A stretch of DNA of 46,621 nt from a bacterium (GTDB lineage Bacteria > Patescibacteriota > Microgenomatia > UBA1400 > PJMF01): positions 2,377 to 48,997 of the forward strand of contig JAUNST010000001.1 in the NCBI GenBank assembly GCA_030539095.1. The letters run 5' to 3'. This document shows positions 8,039-16,497 of this stretch, piece after piece. Position 1 is the stretch's first letter. Each line of letters opens with the position of its first letter. Both the position numbers and the translations under genes were made by a program. Under the pieces are notes generated by a model that was not told where the DNA came from, did not search any database, and worked only from the letters and a program-made list of their open reading frames with translations.

Positions 8039-11000
8039 TTAGCTATTGCCCATCAAATAAATGGGCAAATCGTGCTCTTGAGCGTAAGTAAGTAATTCTG
8101 GCGCTTGAGCTGCAAATTCTTGCATATTGTTAGTCAAGCCAACAATTGCTTTTACTTGTGGATTGTAAGCTACAACCTCATTGTTATTAACATAGCCTTT
8201 TTGTCTAAATAAAGAATCTCGGGCTTGGCGTAAAGCCATTTTTATTTGTTTACCAGTTAAACTTTTTTCACCCACTTTAAAAATGCTTTCATCGGCAATT
8301 TGAGCTAGCGAACTCTTATGCATCAATTGTTTAAAAAGTTCTCCGTATTCTTCTTCAGTTAAAGCTACACCTAGCTGGTCAGCTGCAACCGGCTGTTCCA
8401 AAGCTTGAAGAAAATATTGGCGCACATAAATGCGACCGGATTCTTTGCGATAACGTAATCTAGCAAAAGTTTCAAAATCTTTACCGACACCACTATCTAG
8501 ATTCCGATTAGCAGCGACAGCTAAATTTTCTGGTTGAGTTTCTAGTAACAATCCAAAACGACGGCCGCCATAACTGAGTTGCGAATTTTTATCTCCCAGG
8601 CGAACTAAACTGGAGCTTAAAGAGCCGCCATGAGCAATATCAGAAGCATTTTGAGCAATATTGGCCCGATGTCGCAAGTCGTCATTGGGCAAAAAATGAA
8701 TTAAGAAACGTAAGTCCTCAGCTTGACTACCAATAATTTCGCCGGCTTCATTTTTTCCTTCAATAAAACCAAATTGCGCCAATTCAGCTGGATTCGCTTC
8801 GGCGGAAAGATTTAAAACTCGATATTGTTTACCTTTGATAGTTTCCGTCGCTGGTAAATCTTGAAAACTCAGTCTACTGCTATCGGTAAATAAAGGGATG
8901 CCGGTCTCTTGGTCTTCTCTGAGCGCCTCTGCAATTGGTTGCTGTTCTGCATCACTTAAACTTTGCTTGTAAGTTTGATAAAAACTTTCGTTAACACCTT
9001 TTAAGTCGGCGCGCGCAAAAATTTTAGCCATTAAGTAATCTTGTTGACGGCGAAAGCGCGCGGCCACCACTTGAGCTGCCGGCAAATGTTGGCCAAACCT
9101 CATTTCCGTCTTCAATAAATCATCAGCCACCGCTTCTTCTGCTTTGGCAGCGCTATATTCTTTAAGCCATTGATGATTGGCAATTTGTTCGAAAATTTTA
9201 CTCCTCACCAAACTGGAAAGTTTAAATTTTTCTAATAAATTCCGAGCGTAAAGAGCGCTTATTCTTTCGTGTCCTTGATCGGTGACGCCTTCTTTTTTAG
9301 CGATATCATGAAAAAGAATGGCTAACTTCAAACTAAATTTATCTAAATTGCCTAATTGATCATAATTTTCTTTATCTTCAAGTGCGGCTTGCAGCACACG
9401 CAAGGTATGAATATCCAAAGTATGTTCTTGCTCGCTATGTTGAAGTTTACCAATAATATTAATAAATTCCGGAACAGCCGCAATGATGGCATTCATGAAA
9501 TTATCAAATTCTTGATGGCCAGTTTGGACGGCATTTTCTAGAAAAAATTGTTGAAAAATTTGAGCAAATTTTTGTTCCGGCGCGTTAGTCGTTGACTCTT
9601 GCAAATCGAGATTCTTCAGAGTAGGGATACCTTCATAACCAACAATTTTTCCTGCTCCATCAACTCGCGGAGTGATGGTAATTTTTTGCCAAAATGCTGT
9701 TTGTTCTTCCGGGCTGAGAGTAACGTTAATTTCATTAAGCGCGCTCAAAAATTGAGCGCGCGTGAACTTCAAAGGCAAACCGGTTTGGCGATCAAATTGA
9801 CTAAAATCCATTTTTAAAAGCATTTGCTCGTTGCCAGTATTTTTTGCCATCAGAGCTCGGAAAAATTCTTTTTGTGCCGTTAACGGTACTGGAATAACTT
9901 CAATACTTTTTGCTAAAGATTCATTAATTAAATGTGTTAACTCCTCTACGTCAATGCCACGTTCGCTCAGTTGTTCAAGAGAATATTTTTCCCGTAATTT
10001 GCGGAATTGCTTTTGCAAAATATTAATTTCTTCTAAACTCAAACCAATTTTAATTTGTTCAGTTAAGAAATTTTTCAATTCAAAGTTTTGAAAAATTTCT
10101 TGATGTTGCGACACTCCATCTAAAAAATTAATTTCTATTTTAAAGTTGTATATATCAAAAATTAGTTGTCGAGCAATTTCACTATTTAAACTTTGAGCGG
10201 GAAATTTTTCTAGATATTTAACTAAGGTTTCTTTCTCACGATTTTCTAATAATGCTTGAGCTAAGTTTTGATCAAATTGAAAATCCTTAAAAACCTCTGC
10301 GTGTTCTAAGACAGCTTCGGCGCAACCTCTTTTAATTAATTTTTGAGCCATGCCTGATGACAATTCTCCCGTATCAGCCGTATCTAAATTCTCTGCAACA
10401 AATTTCAATATTTTGCCGGCGTCAAAACGAATATCAGTATCATTGCGAAAACTGGAAAAAGCGCTTCCGTCATCATTTTTTTGATAATCCTGATAATCTT
10501 GAACAATTTTTTCTAAAAAAGGTCCATCGGTTTCTGTCTGCCAAGCTTGGGTAAATATTGCCAAATTTTTGAAAACTGCTAATGCATAGCCTTCTTCAAT
10601 TAAAATTTTTGCTATATCTTCTCCCAGTGATTCTTCTGGAAATGAACTTAAATTTTCCGCTAAGTCAGCCATTGATTTTTCATCGCCATACTCGCGAGCG
10701 TCTTCAAGAATTTGCATAGCAAATTCTTGATTGAGAGGTTGGCTAGCAAAAGCATCTTCGTGATGAGCAAAAACTGTCTCCAAATAGCCATCACAAATAA
10801 AAAGATCGGCAGCCTTTTGCGGCAAGGGTTGCCAAACTAAATTAAAACTATCGATAATTTTTTTGGCTTTTTCCAATTTTTCAGTAACAATCTCTCCCTG
10901 AGCATTTTCCTCTTCTTCACTAAGATTCCCTGCAGCTCTCACTTGATCAACTATTTGTAATGCTTCTGCCACTAAATTTTGCAGTTGTGTTTGCAGCTGA

Positions 11001-11581
11001 TTTTGCATCTCTGCATTTAGGGGAAATGCCTTCATTAAGGATCGAACATAAAATACAGGAAATCGCCGATAATCAGTAGCTTCTTCGTTTAAATTTTGCA
11101 AAAAAGTTTGTGTTAATTGTGTTAATAGTTTTTGCGCCTGTGGCGCAAGAGCGGTCAGAATCTCAGAATTATCAAAATCATAACGAAACACTTGCCCGAG
11201 CTCGTCTGCTCTTCTGTTAATATTGTCGTCTAAAACAAGAAAGCGTTGAGTAAAAAGTTGTTCTATTTTTGCGTTTGCTAGTTGATGTGCTTGCTTTAGT
11301 TTTTGAGGATCAGAAAAAAGTTTTTTGAGTTCATAAAGAACAATCCCGTTTGAATTTATCCAAAATTCAAGATAAGATCTTTGCTCCTCTTGTGTCCATT
11401 CAGCAAAAAGTGGTTCTAATTGAGCCAAAATTTCTTGCTCATCAGCCTCAACTTCTGGTTGTTTTTTGTTATCTTGTTCTGCAACTTCGCTTTGAGAATC
11501 CGCAGTAGCGTCTTTTTCAGTTTCAGCCAAACCGAGTTCCGCCGGTGTTAAACCCATTTCGCTAGCGCTCATCTCTGCCAT
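8039..11581 (-). CDS. Giant (1180 aa) cytoplasmic protein of unknown function with a central GlnD-like HD domain and internal helical repeats
   Basis: An uninterrupted 3.5-kb ORF. The HD region is EQEHTLDIHTLRVLQ...LAILFHDIAKKEGVTDQGHERISALYA (HD codons at complement 9305-9310). The N-terminus is acidic and there is no TM or signal peptide. A motif of the form SL..(I/M)A..LI..G.a.AV....F occurs three times. Confidence 0.7.
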   Translation of the reverse strand: MAEMSASEMGLTPAELGLAETEKDATADSQSEVAEQDNKKQPEVEADEQEILAQLEPLFAEWTQEEQRSYLEFWINSNGIVLYELKKLFSDPQKLKQAHQLANAKIEQLFTQRFLVLDDNINRRADELGQVFRYDFDNSEILTALAPQAQKLLTQLTQTFLQNLNEEATDYRRFPVFYVRSLMKAFPLNAEMQNQLQTQLQNLVAEALQIVDQVRAAGNLSEEEENAQGEIVTEKLEKAKKIIDSFNLVWQPLPQKAADLFICDGYLETVFAHHEDAFASQPLNQEFAMQILEDAREYGDEKSMADLAENLSSFPEESLGEDIAKILIEEGYALAVFKNLAIFTQAWQTETDGPFLEKIVQDYQDYQKNDDGSAFSSFRNDTDIRFDAGKILKFVAENLDTADTGELSSGMAQKLIKRGCAEAVLEHAEVFKDFQFDQNLAQALLENREKETLVKYLEKFPAQSLNSEIARQLIFDIYNFKIEINFLDGVSQHQEIFQNFELKNFLTEQIKIGLSLEEINILQKQFRKLREKYSLEQLSERGIDVEELTHLINESLAKSIEVIPVPLTAQKEFFRALMAKNTGNEQMLLKMDFSQFDRQTGLPLKFTRAQFLSALNEINVTLSPEEQTAFWQKITITPRVDGAGKIVGYEGIPTLKNLDLQESTTNAPEQKFAQIFQQFFLENAVQTGHQEFDNFMNAIIAAVPEFINIIGKLQHSEQEHTLDIHTLRVLQAALEDKENYDQLGNLDKFSLKLAILFHDIAKKEGVTDQGHERISALYARNLLEKFKLSSLVRSKIFEQIANHQWLKEYSAAKAEEAVADDLLKTEMRFGQHLPAAQVVAARFRRQQDYLMAKIFARADLKGVNESFYQTYKQSLSDAEQQPIAEALREDQETGIPLFTDSSRLSFQDLPATETIKGKQYRVLNLSAEANPAELAQFGFIEGKNEAGEIIGSQAEDLRFLIHFLPNDDLRHRANIAQNASDIAHGGSLSSSLVRLGDKNSQLSYGGRRFGLLLETQPENLAVAANRNLDSGVGKDFETFARLRYRKESGRIYVRQYFLQALEQPVAADQLGVALTEEEYGELFKQLMHKSSLAQIADESIFKVGEKSLTGKQIKMALRQARDSLFRQKGYVNNNEVVAYNPQVKAIVGLTNNMQEFAAQAPELLTYAQEHDLPIYLMGNS

Positions 11582-11598
11582 AAACTCATTTTAACACC

Positions 11599-13245
11599 TT
11601 ATGGATAAAGTTTGGTGCAATAATCTTCCATCATTCTTTTTGCGCTGTATTGTGGAGAAAGTTTGATCGAATTTTTCATCATTCGTAGCCACTTGGTTGG
11701 CAAATCTTTTTCATCGCGCTGATAATAGAGCGGAATCACCTTTTCTTCTAAAGTGCTAAGTAAACTTTCTTGCAAATCCTTGCTGTCCAATTGCCAGCCC
11801 ATGTCTTCGTCGCTCCAATCTACTTCTTCTGCCCAACCGTCATGCGTGCTCACTTGCAAAACGCCATTGCTGATACACTTCATGCCGCTGGTACCGCTCG
11901 CTTCTTCTCCCTTGCGCGGCGTATTTAGCCAAATATCACTGCCGCGCGTCAAAGCGGCGCCCATTTCCATATTGTAATCAGGAATAAAGAGGGCGTTGCC
12001 GCGCAATTCTTGCGACATATAGCCAATAATCTCGCGGATCATTCGTTTGCCGTTTTGATCGAAGACGTGCGCTTTGCCAGCTACTAAAATTTGCACTGGT
12101 CGATTAGTAGAAAGAGCAATTGCTTGCAAACGATTAATGTCGCGGAAAAGTAAATCTGGCTGTTTATAAGTGGCAAAGCGCCGAGCCCAAGTAATAACCA
12201 ATTTTTCTGGATCATAAGTGTAGCCAGTTCTTTGATGAATTATTTTTTCTGTCTGTTTTTTATCTTCCAAATGCAAACGCCATAAATCCTCATTGCTTAA
12301 ATCGTCTTTAATTCGTTCATCATGCCAAGTAGGAAAGTGAACCCCGTTGGTTACATTAACCCAATGATATTTGGGCCAATTTTTCTTGCAAATTTTGTAA
12401 TGCGGCAAGCTGACTGAAGAAGCTCGGCAAGATGTATTGAGCGCGAATAAAGTTACATCAAATCTACCTTGTTTATCCACGCCATCTTTAAGTAATTCCT
12501 CTACTCTAATGCCCATTTTTTCGGCGTAGTATTTAGTATACGCTTTCATTAAATCTAAATCGTAAGTTTGATTGCCGGCGGCGACCACTGTGTGGTTAGT
12601 ATAAACAGTTTTTTCAGTAGCGTACTTGCGAGCTGCTTTATAACCAATATTTTTGTCATCCATGATCGAACGAATAACTTGCCAATGTAAAAAGCTTGGT
12701 CGACCTTCATTAACGTGATAAAGCGCCGGCGTCATCCCCAAAGCTTTAAGAGCTTTAACGCCGCCAATACCCAAGACCAGTTGCTGTTTAATAATTTCTT
12801 CTTGTGTGCCGGCGTAAAGAGCATAAGCTAACCGACGCTCGTGAGAATGGTTGTACGGATTATCTGGATCAAGCAAATAAAGCGTGACGGTGTTTTTAAA
12901 TTTGTATTGCCAAATTTGCAGCCATACATCCACTTGAGTAAGGTGGACTTTAATAAAAAGCGGTTGACCGGTGGCGTCACGAATTAGTTCCAAGCCTTCT
13001 TTTTCTGGCGTGTAGTCAAAGTTCTTTTCTTCTTGATTGCCTTCTTGAGTGATATGCTGACGAGCTTCTTCGCCACGATAAAGTAAACCTACGCCGACCA
13101 TATTAATGCCTAAATCGTCGGCCTCTTTGAGAATATCTCCAGCAAGCACGCCTAAACCGCCAGCGTAAACCGGTAAACCGTTGTGAATAGCAAATTCGGC
13201 GCTAAAATAGGCGACTGGTTTTTCTGGTGAAAAAGTTTTAATCAT
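11599..13245 (-). CDS. glgP: Alpha-glucan (glycogen/maltodextrin) phosphorylase, GT35 short form
   Basis: 548 aa. FSAEFAIHNGLPVYAGGLGVLAGD at the N-terminus and EASGTSGMK (pyridoxal-phosphate lysine region) near the C-terminus. Confidence 0.88.
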   Translation of the reverse strand: MIKTFSPEKPVAYFSAEFAIHNGLPVYAGGLGVLAGDILKEADDLGINMVGVGLLYRGEEARQHITQEGNQEEKNFDYTPEKEGLELIRDATGQPLFIKVHLTQVDVWLQIWQYKFKNTVTLYLLDPDNPYNHSHERRLAYALYAGTQEEIIKQQLVLGIGGVKALKALGMTPALYHVNEGRPSFLHWQVIRSIMDDKNIGYKAARKYATEKTVYTNHTVVAAGNQTYDLDLMKAYTKYYAEKMGIRVEELLKDGVDKQGRFDVTLFALNTSCRASSVSLPHYKICKKNWPKYHWVNVTNGVHFPTWHDERIKDDLSNEDLWRLHLEDKKQTEKIIHQRTGYTYDPEKLVITWARRFATYKQPDLLFRDINRLQAIALSTNRPVQILVAGKAHVFDQNGKRMIREIIGYMSQELRGNALFIPDYNMEMGAALTRGSDIWLNTPRKGEEASGTSGMKCISNGVLQVSTHDGWAEEVDWSDEDMGWQLDSKDLQESLLSTLEEKVIPLYYQRDEKDLPTKWLRMMKNSIKLSPQYSAKRMMEDYCTKLYP

Positions 13246-13281
13246 TTGCTAATGATAACAAAAAATCATTGACCGAGCAAG

Positions 13282-13290
13282 TGTTATAAT
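13282..13290 (+). promoter_or_regulatory. Extended -10 (TGTTATAAT) 10 nt upstream of the epmA ATG
   Basis: gtgttataat-atacctcgag-ATG, with no Shine-Dalgarno sequence. Confidence 0.45.
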
Positions 13291-13300
13291 ATACCTCGAG

Positions 13301-14317
13301 ATGAAAAATTGGCAGAAAATTAAAAACGAACCAGAACTTTTAAATAATTTTTTTAAGCGAGAAAAAATTATTAATGCTTTGCGCCAATTTTTCCAAAGCA
13401 AAAACTTCCATGAAGTAGAAACACCGCTCTTAGTGCCTAATCCAGGCACAGAACCTTATTTGGAAGTTTTTGCCACCCAATTACAATTGCAAAATGAAAA
13501 ACCGAAAACTGCCTTCTTAGTTACTTCGCCAGAATTGCAAATGAAAAAATTGTTAGCGGCTGGCTTAGAAAATATTTTTCAAATTACCAAAAGTTTTCGT
13601 AATGGCGAAGGCCGCAGCCCCACACATAATAGCGAATTTACAATTTTGGAATACTATCGTGCTAATGCTACTTATTTTGATTTAATGACTGATTTAGACG
13701 AACTTCTGCCCTATCTTTTCGGCGGAGAAAAGTTAACTTATCAAGGAAAAAATTACGATTTATCGCAGGGCTGTTTAAGAATTAGTGTCAAAGATGCTTT
13801 TGCTAAGTATGCGCACATCACCGAAAAAGAATTATTAAATCGTGATCTTTTATGCGCGCGCGCCGCGGAAAAAGGCTATCAAATTGACGAGCATACCACC
13901 TGGGAGGAAGCGTATAACCAAATTTTCTTAAATGAAATTGAACCAAATTTGGGTCAAGATCGGCCGACAATTATTTATGATTACCCGCGCGCGCAAGCTG
14001 CTTTGGCTAAATTGTGCGATGATAAAAACTATGCTCAAAGACTGGAAGTTTATTTAGCTGGCTTAGAACTTGGTAATGGTTTTGGCGAATTAACTGATGC
14101 CGCGGAACAGGAAAATCGTTGTTTAGTTGATTTGCGTGAACGCGAGCGTTTAGGAAAAACAGCCTATGATTACGATCATGATTTCATTGAAGCTTTGGCA
14201 AATATTGATTTCCCTGCCGCTGGCATTGCTATTGGTGTAGACCGTTTAATTATGTTGGCCGCCGACGTTGCCGACATTACGCAAATTACTTTTTTCCCCA
14301 CTACAGAAATTTTTTAA
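13301..14317 (+). CDS. epmA: EF-P--(R)-beta-lysine ligase (GenX/PoxA-type truncated class II LysRS paralog)
   Basis: 338 aa consisting only of a class II aaRS catalytic core (FHEVETPLL, FRNGE...HNSEFTILEYY, GIAIGVDRLIM). There is no anticodon-binding domain, which is the EpmA architecture. Confidence 0.75.
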   Translation: MKNWQKIKNEPELLNNFFKREKIINALRQFFQSKNFHEVETPLLVPNPGTEPYLEVFATQLQLQNEKPKTAFLVTSPELQMKKLLAAGLENIFQITKSFRNGEGRSPTHNSEFTILEYYRANATYFDLMTDLDELLPYLFGGEKLTYQGKNYDLSQGCLRISVKDAFAKYAHITEKELLNRDLLCARAAEKGYQIDEHTTWEEAYNQIFLNEIEPNLGQDRPTIIYDYPRAQAALAKLCDDKNYAQRLEVYLAGLELGNGFGELTDAAEQENRCLVDLRERERLGKTAYDYDHDFIEALANIDFPAAGIAIGVDRLIMLAADVADITQITFFPTTEIF

Positions 14318-16483
14318 TTATTTTTTATTTTTACTTAACGGAAAAATTAAAGTAAAAGTGCTACCCTTACCGAGTTCGCTTTTAAAAGTGATATCACCGT
14401 CATGTTTAAGCATAATTTGCTTGCAGATATAAAGACCTAAACCTGTACCAGTTTCTTTAATTTTGACGTAAGAGTTTTCTAAGCGGCAAAATTTATTAAA
14501 CAATTTTGGAAAATCTCTTTTATCAATTCCTGGTCCAGTATCAGAAACACTAAAGATAGCGCAACGACCTTTCTTCTCACAACGCATTTCCACTTTGCCT
14601 TTGGTGGTAAATTTAATTGCATTACCAACTAAATTTTGCATTACTTCGTGGATTTTGTCTGCATCGCCGTAGATAGATAAAGCTTCGGTAGAACTTTCTT
14701 TACTAAATTTAAAATCTTTATCATTCGCTAAAGGTTGTAAATCTAAAAATACTTGATTCATTACCACATTCAAATCAAGATTTCTTTTATTAAGTTCAAA
14801 ACGATTACCTTCAATGCGAGAAATGGTAAGCATGTCGTTCACCATATTAATTAAACGCTCCGTAGAATCTAAAGCAATTTGGATAAACTTTTTATTTTGT
14901 TTAAAATTCTTTTCTTCATTATTTTTATTTACTAACCACAAATAATTTTTGATAGCCGTCATCGGCGTGCGTAATTCGTGACTAGCCACAGAAACAAATT
15001 CGTCTTTCATTTTATCTGCGATCATTAATTTTTCGTTTGCTTTCACTAATTTGCGCGTAGCTAAATTAATTTTGCGTTGCAGATGGCCGTTAAAATTTTT
15101 AGTGTTCTGGTAAACAGTTGCTCGGTCAGCAGCCACGGCCACTTCCTGCAATGTTTGTTCGATTAAATCGATATCCTGAATAAAGTAAGCATTTTGATTA
15201 AGCTTTTTACCCATAGCCAAAATTCCTTTTGAACCTGAGTAAAGCACTATTGGAAAAACCGCACCATAACCTTCTTTTTTCATTAAGTTAATTAGCATTC
15301 TCTGCTCTGGCAAATTTTCTAAAATTAATTCTTCAAAAATAATTGGACGAGGTATTTCTTGTTTTTGCCATTCCTTTTCGCATAATTCAAAAAGCCTGCT
15401 CGGATCTTTTTCTTCTGCAAAGGTAGAAGTTAAATAAAATTTGCCGTCATCAGTAAAGTCTTCGTAAATTAAACTCCCAGTATTTTTAATCACTCGTGAA
15501 TAAAAGCGTAATGTTTCATTTGTAATTTTTCCTAAATCTAAATCTTGAGCAATATGCGTAGAAAAGATTTTATTTTCTGCTTTCCAGTCCACTCCGTGAT
15601 TAACAATTTTCTTTACTAAAAAATCTTGTAAATTTTGATAAATGTATATCAGCGAAATCGACCATGAAGCTAAGAAAATAAAGGCTAACGGATGCGCAAA
15701 ACGGTCTTCCCATTGTGGTAAATTAAGCAGAAAAAATAAAGCAATTAAAAGCCAACCTATTAAAACAGCGTAATAGAAAATTTTTGCTAAAATAAAATCT
15801 AAACCGGTGAAACGAATTTTGAGCAAAGAATAACCGATCATGCCGGTGATAACTACACTCATCAGCCAGCTGCCTAAATTGGTAAGATTGCTATTATGGA
15901 AAATAATAACTAAGAAAAAATTAAAAAACAAAACGATAACGATCATCACTACAAAAGCAGCCGTTAAATAACTTAAACGAACTTTTTCTAATCCTTGAGC
16001 TTTTCTGGCACTTTTAATAAAATTAAAACAAGCTAAAGAACCGAAAATCAAAAAGTTTAAAGCTGCCACCACAATGCCCCAGCTAGAATTTAAAGTGAAA
16101 CCGTTTGCAGTAAGATTAATGCCGCTAAAGGTGAAGGGCAAAAAATTGAAAATAATATTAAGAATTGCCCAGCAAATGCAAATTGTTTTCCATGGTTTGC
16201 TTAAACGCAATTTTTTGTCAGGAAAAACACAAGAAAAAAAATAGAGAGTGACTGGGATACCAGCCGTCACCACCATCACCAAACGGACAAAAAATAAAGT
16301 TTCTGTGGCGGGCAAACCAGATTGCGAAAAAGCATTGCAAACAACCCAAAGACATATCTGAATAACCAAAAGAAAGAAAAGTGAATTGCTTGGCTGCTGT
16401 CTATTGCTTCGCCAGACTCTATGACCAATAAAAACATCAAGAATTGCTACACTCAAAGCAGTAATTAGACTGATGCTAATCAT
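14318..16483 (-). CDS. Sensor histidine kinase with a polytopic (about 8-9 TM) N-terminal domain and a GAF-like linker
   Basis: 721 aa. The first ~290 aa are nearly all TM helices. H-box VSVASHELRTPMTAI, N-box QNLVGNAIKFT, G-boxes DTGPGI and GTGLGLYICK. Confidence 0.9.
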   Translation of the reverse strand: MISISLITALSVAILDVFIGHRVWRSNRQQPSNSLFFLLVIQICLWVVCNAFSQSGLPATETLFFVRLVMVVTAGIPVTLYFFSCVFPDKKLRLSKPWKTICICWAILNIIFNFLPFTFSGINLTANGFTLNSSWGIVVAALNFLIFGSLACFNFIKSARKAQGLEKVRLSYLTAAFVVMIVIVLFFNFFLVIIFHNSNLTNLGSWLMSVVITGMIGYSLLKIRFTGLDFILAKIFYYAVLIGWLLIALFFLLNLPQWEDRFAHPLAFIFLASWSISLIYIYQNLQDFLVKKIVNHGVDWKAENKIFSTHIAQDLDLGKITNETLRFYSRVIKNTGSLIYEDFTDDGKFYLTSTFAEEKDPSRLFELCEKEWQKQEIPRPIIFEELILENLPEQRMLINLMKKEGYGAVFPIVLYSGSKGILAMGKKLNQNAYFIQDIDLIEQTLQEVAVAADRATVYQNTKNFNGHLQRKINLATRKLVKANEKLMIADKMKDEFVSVASHELRTPMTAIKNYLWLVNKNNEEKNFKQNKKFIQIALDSTERLINMVNDMLTISRIEGNRFELNKRNLDLNVVMNQVFLDLQPLANDKDFKFSKESSTEALSIYGDADKIHEVMQNLVGNAIKFTTKGKVEMRCEKKGRCAIFSVSDTGPGIDKRDFPKLFNKFCRLENSYVKIKETGTGLGLYICKQIMLKHDGDITFKSELGKGSTFTLIFPLSKNKK

Positions 16484-16497
16484 TATTCCATTATACT

